From Acutalibacteraceae bacterium (GTDB lineage Bacteria > Bacillota > Clostridia > Oscillospirales > Acutalibacteraceae), in assembly GCA_045629785.1 (NCBI GenBank), contig JAZQRX010000012.1:22135-86134 (forward strand): a stretch of DNA of 64,000 bases, given 5' to 3'. The position numbers and the translations under genes are program-made. This document shows, one piece after another, positions 57,033 to 64,000 of this stretch. Under the pieces are notes generated by a model. It was not told the origin of the DNA. It made no database searches and saw only the letters and a list, made by a program, of their open reading frames with translations. Position 1 is the first letter of the stretch. Each line of letters starts with the position of its first letter.

Positions 57033-57990
57033 AAAAACACGCTCTTTTTTGTTAATTGTGCCATTTTGAAATAATTGAATGTTCTGTAAAATTATGTTAA
57101 TATGATTTTATAGAATTTATACGGAGATGGTTTTATGAAAAAATCCATAAGCTTAATTTTAGCAATAATAATGCTTTTCAGCGTTGTTAATGTAAGCGTA
57201 TTTGCGGCAGGTGTTGCCACACCAAAGGCAACTGCATCTAACGATGTAGGTGGCATAAAGGTGTATTGGAATAAGGTCGATGGTGCTGTAAAATACGAGG
57301 TTTACCGCAGAGTTGGTGGCTCAAGCTCCTGGGACTATGTAAACACAACCACAGGCACAAAAATCATTGATAAGGGTGTTTCTAACGGCAAATACTATGC
57401 CTATTCTGTCCGTGCGTATAACTCACAAGGCGGATATAGTGCTTATAACCAAAGTATGACATACACAACCAAATGTGTTGCTACACCTAAGCTCACAAGC
57501 CTTGTAAATGATACAAACGGTCTCAAGCTTACTTGGGGTGCAGTTTCAGGTGCAAGCTATCGTGTATATCGTCGCGGTGCAGGGTCAACAAGCTGGACAT
57601 ACCTCGGCACAACAAACAGCACAACCTTTACAGATTCCAAAGCTGCAAGTGGCAAGTATTGGCGATATACTGTCAGAGCTGTCAGTAGTGGTTACTATAG
57701 TGGTTTTGACACAAACGGACTTTACACTATGCGCCTTGCTAATCCCTATTCTATCAAGGCAGTAGTGGTTCAAAACGGTGTGCAGGTAAATTGGGCAAAA
57801 ATCAATGGTGCTACTGGTTACAGAGTGTACCGCCGTGGCGCTGGTCAGTCCTCCTGGACATATCTTGGTGCCGTATCAACAAATAGATTTATTGATACAA
57901 AAGTATCACAGAATGCATATTACAGATACACTGTAAGAGCAACAAATGGTGGAGCTATAAGTTCTTTCTATAGTGAGGGCTATGTTATCT
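57033..57990 (+). repeat. duplicated block, copy 1: promoter, 5' UTR, signal peptide and three Fn3-like modules
   Basis: Paralogous to 58795-59765. 57045-57134 versus 58809-58898 is 88/90 identical by manual alignment; the coding part is visibly more diverged. Confidence 0.85.
57075..57103 (+). promoter_or_regulatory. candidate promoter of the first Fn3 paralog
   Basis: TTGAAT, 17-nt spacer, TGtTAATAT. The same arrangement occurs at 58839-58867, with TTGAAC as the -35. Confidence 0.45.
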
Positions 57991-58721
57991 GCACCAGCTT
58001 GAAGAATGAGTTGATTAACAATTTATGGAAGTATTCTGATTACACGTATGTATTTTTCTCTGATGGGTCAGGTATGATACTTGGTGGTTCTCTCACAGAA
58101 CTGTTTTCTTACTCGCTCTATGGTAATAAAATAACAATGATGTATGAAGATGGAACTACAGTTGTTCGATACTTGATAACAAAAAATAGTAGCAATATCT
58201 GGACTAACAATTCCTATTTTGTTAATAATTATGCACCATATATTTCGGGCGATGAGTATATCATTGCGGAAGAAGATGGATATACTGTTTTAGTGAAAGG
58301 CGATTCTAAAACTGCCAAAGCAGAAATAGCATACTATAAAGTGTGGCGCCAATGTCTTTATAACTGGTATGGTAATAAAAACATCAAGGAATATGCACTC
58401 CACGATATAAATGAAGATGGTATACCGGAATTTATAATACATGGTGGCTCTTGTGAGGCTGACAGATACTATTATTTCTATACATATAGTGGTGGTAAAG
58501 CAGTGTATATGGGCTCTATGTCTGCAAGTCATTCGGGAATAGCAGATGCTAAGGGTTATATAATTCTTTTTGGCGGACATATGGGTTATGGTAGGTCCAG
58601 TGAACTGTATATGGTTAATAACAAAATAGTTGCTAAAAACAGTAAAACGTTTGACTTTAATTATACACCATTCCCTGATTTTGGACCGCGTGTCGAGTTT
58701 GTTGTTGATAATAACTATTAA
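57135..58721 (+). CDS. secreted protein: signal peptide, three Fn3-like modules and a unique C-terminal domain
   Basis: Signal peptide MKKSISLILAIIMLFSVVNVSVFA. Three ~85-aa modules follow the pattern G(I/L)K(V/L)xWxxVxGAxxYxVYRRxxGSSxW...YxYxVRA. Confidence 0.8.
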   Translation: MKKSISLILAIIMLFSVVNVSVFAAGVATPKATASNDVGGIKVYWNKVDGAVKYEVYRRVGGSSSWDYVNTTTGTKIIDKGVSNGKYYAYSVRAYNSQGGYSAYNQSMTYTTKCVATPKLTSLVNDTNGLKLTWGAVSGASYRVYRRGAGSTSWTYLGTTNSTTFTDSKAASGKYWRYTVRAVSSGYYSGFDTNGLYTMRLANPYSIKAVVVQNGVQVNWAKINGATGYRVYRRGAGQSSWTYLGAVSTNRFIDTKVSQNAYYRYTVRATNGGAISSFYSEGYVICTSLKNELINNLWKYSDYTYVFFSDGSGMILGGSLTELFSYSLYGNKITMMYEDGTTVVRYLITKNSSNIWTNNSYFVNNYAPYISGDEYIIAEEDGYTVLVKGDSKTAKAEIAYYKVWRQCLYNWYGNKNIKEYALHDINEDGIPEFIIHGGSCEADRYYYFYTYSGGKAVYMGSMSASHSGIADAKGYIILFGGHMGYGRSSELYMVNNKIVAKNSKTFDFNYTPFPDFGPRVEFVVDNNY

Positions 58722-58752
58722 GATATTTATTGTTTGGTTTTATACTGATTTA

Positions 58753-58788
58753 AAAGCCATTCTCTCAAATGAAGAGAGTGGCTTTCTT
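58753..58788 (+). terminator. terminator after the first Fn3 paralog
   Basis: AAAGCCATTCTCTC-aaatgaa-GAGAGTGGCTTT (one bulge) followed by CTT. Confidence 0.6.
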
Positions 58789-58794
58789 ATGCAC

Positions 58795-59765
58795 AAAAAC
58801 ACAGTTGATTTTTTGTTAATTGTGCCATTTTGAAATAATTGAACATTCTGTAAAATTATGTTAATATGATTTTATAGAATTTATACGGAGATGGTTTTAT
58901 GAAAAAATCCATAAGCTTAGTTTTAGCAATAATAATGCTTTTCAGCGTTGTTAATGTGAGTGTGTTTGCGGCAAGAGTTGCAACACCCAAGGCTACCTCA
59001 TCCAACGATGTTGGTGGCATTAAGGTGTATTGGAATAAGGTTAATGGTGCAGTGAAGTATAACGTTTACCGCAGGGTAGGTGGCTCAAGCAGTTGGGTGC
59101 TTGCAGGTACTACAACCGGCACACAAGTGATTGATAAAGGTGTCGCTAACGGTAAATATTATGTTTATTCTGTTCGTGCGTATAATGCTCAGGGTAGCTA
59201 CAGCGCGTATAATCAGAATATGACATACACAACCAAGTGTGTTGCCACACCCAAGCTTACAAGCCTTACTAATGACACAAACGGCCTTAAGCTTACCTGG
59301 AGTGCAGTTTCAGGAGCAACCTATCGTGTTTACAGACGCGGTGCAGGCTCCACAACATGGACATACCTCGGCACAACAAGCATCACAACTTATACAGATT
59401 CAAAGGCATCAAGTGGTGCATACTGGCGCTATACTGTGCGTGCCGTTAGCAGTGGTTATTACAGTGGCTTTGACACCAACGGCCTTTATATAATGCGCTT
59501 AGCAAATCCTTATTCCATCAAGGCAAGTCAGGTTCAGGGTGGTGTAAATGTAACCTGGGCAAAAATCAATGGTGCTACAGGCTACAGAGTTTACCGCCGT
59601 GGTGCAGGTTCTTCAAATTGGACATACCTTGGCGCAACAACTACAAACAGTTTCAAAGATACAAAAATAGCTTATGGGGAAAACTACTATCGCTACACAG
59701 TAAGGGCAACACGTGGTAATATTTACAGTGGTTTTTATACCGATGGTGCGGTTGTGAAAGCATCA
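58795..59765 (+). repeat. duplicated block, copy 2
   Basis: See 57033-57990. Confidence 0.85.
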
Positions 59766-60518
59766 AAAGTCAGAGCAACCTTCTCTTCAGAAATCGGTGC
59801 GGTTAATGGAACTGTATATAGTGCTCGACACATCGGTCACAAAAAAGACAGTGATGGGACTTGGGGTAAAACCGCGAATTCAAAAATCCCTGTTTTACCT
59901 GTATATAAACCCAACAAAAACTTGCTTGTCGCCAGCTTCTGTTATTACGACGGCTATATTTATTATACATTGAGTCAAGATTGCTCTGGTGGGTTTGATG
60001 TTTGGTTGTATAGATGTAATCTTGATTTCACTAACACAAAATTGCTTGCTTTTTCTGATGGTTCAGATGATGATTGGGAGAATGATTTCAACAGATATTT
60101 TTATATTTACGAAAACAAGTTGTACCTTGGTTGGAGTAATAGTAGTGAAAATTTCTGCATCAATCTCTCAACATTAAATATGACTAAAGAAAAGTCTGTG
60201 GATTTTTATTCAATATATAATGTTGACAAAAATAATGTTAGTGAATTCGGTCAACTGGAAATATACAATGACAATGTTTTTTATTCGGATGATTTCGGAG
60301 AAGCAAATATATATTTAATTAAGAACTCTAAAAGACAATTAATTATGCAAAAGGCTGAGTTAGATGGCGGTTATGTTAACGGATGTATTTATTATAGTCG
60401 CTATAATTATAACAATGGCAACGGACAGCTTTGGCGAAAAAATCTCAGCACCGGAAAAACAGAGTTTTTAGATGAAAAGCCAACCGCTGGTGGCGGCGGA
60501 TTATACTTTAATTGGTAA
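58899..60518 (+). CDS. secreted protein: signal peptide, three Fn3-like modules and a DUF5050-like repeat C-terminal domain
   Basis: The N-terminal ~290 aa are paralogous to the previous gene. The C-terminal part has recurrent (I/L)YY and NxxxxxxIYY beta-propeller-like repeats. Confidence 0.8.
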   Translation: MKKSISLVLAIIMLFSVVNVSVFAARVATPKATSSNDVGGIKVYWNKVNGAVKYNVYRRVGGSSSWVLAGTTTGTQVIDKGVANGKYYVYSVRAYNAQGSYSAYNQNMTYTTKCVATPKLTSLTNDTNGLKLTWSAVSGATYRVYRRGAGSTTWTYLGTTSITTYTDSKASSGAYWRYTVRAVSSGYYSGFDTNGLYIMRLANPYSIKASQVQGGVNVTWAKINGATGYRVYRRGAGSSNWTYLGATTTNSFKDTKIAYGENYYRYTVRATRGNIYSGFYTDGAVVKASKVRATFSSEIGAVNGTVYSARHIGHKKDSDGTWGKTANSKIPVLPVYKPNKNLLVASFCYYDGYIYYTLSQDCSGGFDVWLYRCNLDFTNTKLLAFSDGSDDDWENDFNRYFYIYENKLYLGWSNSSENFCINLSTLNMTKEKSVDFYSIYNVDKNNVSEFGQLEIYNDNVFYSDDFGEANIYLIKNSKRQLIMQKAELDGGYVNGCIYYSRYNYNNGNGQLWRKNLSTGKTEFLDEKPTAGGGGLYFNW

Positions 60519-60673
60519 GTGTATTCAGATATCTTCAAAACTTATATATATAGCAATCATTAAAATATCCTTTTACCAACTATTCCAAGATGCTATAATA
60601 TTATTGATTAGAGCACTTTCGTTCTGAGCATCTTCTGATGTGCTTATATAACTTTTCGGTCTGTTAAACAACA

Positions 60674-60706
60674 AATCACTCTGCATTTTGCAGGGTGATT
60701 TTTTTG
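60674..60706 (+). terminator. rho-independent terminator about 160 nt downstream of the preceding stop
   Basis: AATCACTCTGC-atttt-GCAGGGTGATT (one wobble pair) followed by T7. Confidence 0.75.
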
Positions 60707-60834
60707 TGACTTAATATTTTCTCTGTTAGGGTGAAAAATTGAATATTTGAAGCAATATTTTGATATAGATAAAGTTCAATGTTTTGTGCTCAAAATAAGA
60801 ACCTTACCACAAAAATCAACCGCTTATTTTGTAA

Positions 60835-60863
60835 TTGACATTTATATAAAATAATTTTATAAT
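60835..60863 (+). promoter_or_regulatory. sigma-A-type promoter of the LRR/Fn3 gene
   Basis: TTGACA (60835-60840), 17-nt spacer, TATAAT (60858-60863). Confidence 0.65.
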
Positions 60864-60902
60864 ATAAGGTAATTTATTATATTATTATGCGGTGGTGATT
60901 TT

Positions 60903-63326
60903 ATGAAGAAAAAAGCTTTATCAATCCTTTTAGCTATCTTTATAATTTTTACAACAATGTCGGCGCTTGCTGTGTCCGCAAGTGCTGCAGCATACACCGG
61001 TACTGTTACAGGTGTTATGAAAGATACATCAGACCCTGATAATACCACAGTCAACTGGAGCTTTTCGTATAACCGATATGAGGGTACTGCAACACTTACC
61101 CTCAGCGGTACAGGTTATATGCCTAATGCCCTTTATGAGGATTCATGGCTTCCTGCTCAGTATGCAGTGCAGTGTTACATAACCAAGCTCATTGTTAAAG
61201 ACGGCGTCAAAAGCATTATGGAAAATGCCTTTATGGGTGAAGTTTACCTCAGAGAGGTTTCTTTGCCTGATTCAATTGAGTATATCGGTGAAGGTGCATT
61301 TGCATATACCTCAATTAAGCAGATGTATATTCCCCAAAAGGTTGATTACGTCAATGCACGTATGTTTGTGGGCTCGCCCATAACAAACTATACTGTTTCG
61401 GCATATAATCAGTACTATAAAAGCAGCGGCGGTTTCATTTATTCAAAAGATATGACCGAGCTCGTTGTTGCCCCCGCAGGTAAGTGGGTTGACAATGCTA
61501 ATTATTCATATACAATCCCTTCAACTGTTAATACTATTATGCCATATGCCTTTATGGGTGTTAACATTAACAGTATCACCATTCCCTCAAACGTCAAAAC
61601 AATCAAACAGATGGCGTTTATGTCGTCTGCCTTGAGCAGAGTGTATTTCCGTAATGGTATCGAAATGCTCTATGACAGCGTTTTTATTGATTGCCCTAAG
61701 CTTACCTTTGTACATATTCCTTCATCATTAAAATATATGGGTTCATATACCTTCGGGTATAATTATGAAATAGACTATGCCTCAATCCGCAGGGTGCTTA
61801 ACGAAGAAGGGATATCCTACGGCTCATTGAATGAGGATAACGTTGAGGGTTATCTTGAGCAGGCAGGCTACACAATCGACCAATTCTATATTCCCTATGT
61901 AAATAAATCATTCCAGATTTTTGCACCTGATAATTCTGCGGCTTCAAAATATGCTAAAAATAACGGAATGAAGTATATAAAAAGCCAGGCGCTTACTCCG
62001 TCTATATCAAGTGTAACATCTTCAGATGGCGGTATGCTTGTTAAGTGGACAAATTCAAGCGATGCAACAGGCTATTACCTTTACCGCAAAAACACGAGTG
62101 GTACATGGGAGCGTATTGCTGTTCTGCGTGGCGCAGCAAATACATCTTACATTGATGCCAATGCCTATGCAGGTAAAACAAATACATATACAGTAAGGGC
62201 ATATAACTCCACCGGTCAGAGTTATTGTTATCAGACGGGCGTTTCAGCGGTTTACGTGCCGAGCACAAAGCTTTTGTCAATTGGTAATAACGTTGGCGGT
62301 ATCCGTATAAACTGGTCAAGGCAAAGCGGTGTTTCCAACTATATTATTTACCGCAAATTCGCAGGTCAGGGTTCATGGCACCAAATTGCTAAGGTTTCAG
62401 GCTATGTTTCTTCTTACCTTGATAAAACAGTAAGCTCCAATACTCGTTATTCATATACAGTAAAGGCTGTTGTCGGTAGTGCAAGCGGTGCGTATAATCA
62501 ATCCGGTCTTACCGAAACCTATGTAAGCGCACCAACTGTCAGCGTTTATAATATAACAAACGGTGTTGCCATTAAATGGTCGCACAGTTCTTATGCAGAT
62601 AACTTCCGTATTTACCGCAAAACAAACGGCGGTAGCTGGCAGCTTATTAAAATCGCAAATAGTAATGATACTGTTTATTATGATAAAGCAGTTACTCGCG
62701 GTACATCTTATACATACACAGTAAGGGCAAGCTACAAAAATGTACTCAGTAGCTATGACCCTGCAGGTAAGGCTATTATTTCTATTGATGCACCTTTAAC
62801 CATAAAGGCTGAAAACAGAGTTTCAGGCGCATTGGTTAGCTGGAATAAATGTTCAGGTGCACAGGGCTACTACGTATATCGTAAAACTTCAGGTGGTAGC
62901 TGGGTGCGTATCGCAACTGTTTCGGGTATTAACAACCTGCAGTATCTTGATACAAAGGCTCAAAGCGGTACAACCTACTATTACACAGTAAGGGCGTATA
63001 ATGGCTCAGCTCTTTCAACATATGATACAGCAGGTAAATCACTTCTATTCTTGTATACACCCCGATTAGTATCGGCTGAAAGCACCCGTGATGGTGTTGT
63101 TATAAATTACACCAAATCTGCAAATTGTGATGGTTACTACATTTATCGCAAAACCCCTGGCTCAGGTTGGGTCAGAATAAAGCACGTGTATGGTGCAAAT
63201 AACGTGTCTTTTACAGATACTCGTGCTGAAAAGGGTACAACGTACATTTACACAGTCAAAGCATTTAAAGGCTCGGCTATGAGTGGTTATTTTGCTAATG
63301 GCATTGAGATTAAGGATAAATATTAA
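60903..63326 (+). CDS. secreted protein: BspA-type leucine-rich repeat domain followed by ~5-6 Fn3-like modules
   Basis: Signal peptide ending AVSASA. LRR_5-like repeats (IxxxAFxxCxxLxxVxIPxSV). The YRK...W...YTVRA module pattern recurs in five full modules plus a diverged one, so about five to six copies in my reading. Confidence 0.8.
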   Translation: MKKKALSILLAIFIIFTTMSALAVSASAAAYTGTVTGVMKDTSDPDNTTVNWSFSYNRYEGTATLTLSGTGYMPNALYEDSWLPAQYAVQCYITKLIVKDGVKSIMENAFMGEVYLREVSLPDSIEYIGEGAFAYTSIKQMYIPQKVDYVNARMFVGSPITNYTVSAYNQYYKSSGGFIYSKDMTELVVAPAGKWVDNANYSYTIPSTVNTIMPYAFMGVNINSITIPSNVKTIKQMAFMSSALSRVYFRNGIEMLYDSVFIDCPKLTFVHIPSSLKYMGSYTFGYNYEIDYASIRRVLNEEGISYGSLNEDNVEGYLEQAGYTIDQFYIPYVNKSFQIFAPDNSAASKYAKNNGMKYIKSQALTPSISSVTSSDGGMLVKWTNSSDATGYYLYRKNTSGTWERIAVLRGAANTSYIDANAYAGKTNTYTVRAYNSTGQSYCYQTGVSAVYVPSTKLLSIGNNVGGIRINWSRQSGVSNYIIYRKFAGQGSWHQIAKVSGYVSSYLDKTVSSNTRYSYTVKAVVGSASGAYNQSGLTETYVSAPTVSVYNITNGVAIKWSHSSYADNFRIYRKTNGGSWQLIKIANSNDTVYYDKAVTRGTSYTYTVRASYKNVLSSYDPAGKAIISIDAPLTIKAENRVSGALVSWNKCSGAQGYYVYRKTSGGSWVRIATVSGINNLQYLDTKAQSGTTYYYTVRAYNGSALSTYDTAGKSLLFLYTPRLVSAESTRDGVVINYTKSANCDGYYIYRKTPGSGWVRIKHVYGANNVSFTDTRAEKGTTYIYTVKAFKGSAMSGYFANGIEIKDKY

Positions 63327-63327
63327 T

Positions 63328-63879
63328 ATGCTTTTTAAAAAGAAACCTAAAGAAAATAAAGGCTATTCATTCAAGCCCAGGCAATTTGACAGGGATGAAA
63401 AGATAGAAATACAAAAAATCGTTTCATCAATCCCTGTTACACGTAAATTATTGTCACAGGATTTGCTTGTTACAGCCATTAATAATTTTGTGGTAAAGAA
63501 TATCAAAATTGGCTCAACCGCCGCACATCATATTAATACCACAAAGCATCCCCAATTATTTTTTCAATCTGTTAATGATTTAATATCTTCGACAGAGAAT
63601 TTGCAAAAACTGGAGCCATATTGGCGCTTTGAGGGTCACAGTCCTACCGAACAGCTCGAGGATTTTGTTTCAAGGCGTGATAAAATTATTCGTGGCTTTA
63701 TTTACGAATCGTTTACACAGCTTGTTACTGATATCGAGGCTAAAAAAAGTCCCACACAAAAGCAGAGGCTATTTGATGAATATCAGGTGTCGCTTTTAAA
63801 TAATCTTGATGTTTGCGGTGAAGAAAATTTTGAGTTTTTCAAAGACTTGTGCCGTGAAAAATTAAATATTACTGAATAA
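63328..63879 (+). CDS. hypothetical cytoplasmic protein
   Basis: 183 aa. ATG 63328 lies 1 nt after the upstream stop. I recognise no motif. Confidence 0.5.
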   Translation: MLFKKKPKENKGYSFKPRQFDRDEKIEIQKIVSSIPVTRKLLSQDLLVTAINNFVVKNIKIGSTAAHHINTTKHPQLFFQSVNDLISSTENLQKLEPYWRFEGHSPTEQLEDFVSRRDKIIRGFIYESFTQLVTDIEAKKSPTQKQRLFDEYQVSLLNNLDVCGEENFEFFKDLCREKLNITE

Positions 63880-63899
63880 ACATAAAGGAGAAATAGAAA

Positions 63900-64000
63900 T
63901 GGCTTATCTTACAGATATTGAAATTGCACAGAGTTGTCAGATGAAACCTATCACTGAAATTGCAAAAAAAGCCGGGGTAGGCGATGAATTTCTTGAGCCT
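63900..64000 (+). CDS. fhs: formate--tetrahydrofolate ligase, N-terminal fragment (3' end outside window)
   Basis: MAYLTDIEIAQSCQMKPITEIAKKAGVGDEFLEP matches the conserved Fhs N-terminus (SDIEIAQ...PI.EIA). AGGAG RBS. Confidence 0.8.

Overview
Chromosomal segment of a low-GC, spore-forming member of the Clostridia. The taxonomic guess rests on gpr, spoIIP and spoIIE plus Firmicutes-type gene order; Oscillospiraceae/Ruminococcaceae-like is only an impression. Most of the window is tightly packed housekeeping. It carries the thrC 3' end, then tig-clpP-clpX-lon-engB, metF-metH, and lepA/mini-RNase III/obg on the minus strand. It also carries nnrD, nagB and a nine-gene aromatic amino acid operon covering all seven shikimate steps plus pheA and an aminotransferase. 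Further along are ychF, gpr-spoIIP, pgi, yceD-rpmF, a DUF512 radical SAM gene with der, and a GH30-like hydrolase with a GPH-type transporter. The remainder holds an APC permease, GT2/GtrA, one tRNA-Arg(CCU), an AIM24-family gene, spoIIE translationally coupled to clpC, three secreted Fn3-repeat proteins and the fhs 5' end. I found no rRNA, CRISPR array, integrase, transposase or recognisable defence genes. Four places stand out. (1) An 843-bp ORF-free gap between convergent metH and a GH36-like gene is built from modular hairpin repeats bounded by about 44-nt inverted arms; one module recurs at 44840-44906 with compensatory stem changes. (2) A Phe/Tyr-rich 24-codon leader ORF and a terminator-like hairpin lie between a sigma-A-type promoter and the aro operon. 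(3) Two genes, aroQ and a lipoprotein, have conserved N-termini encoded upstream of any ATG/GTG/TTG codon. (4) A tandem pair of Fn3 surface-protein paralogs has almost invariant 5' regulatory regions and unrelated C-terminal domains. All structural and similarity statements come from manual reading of the sequence, not from searches.
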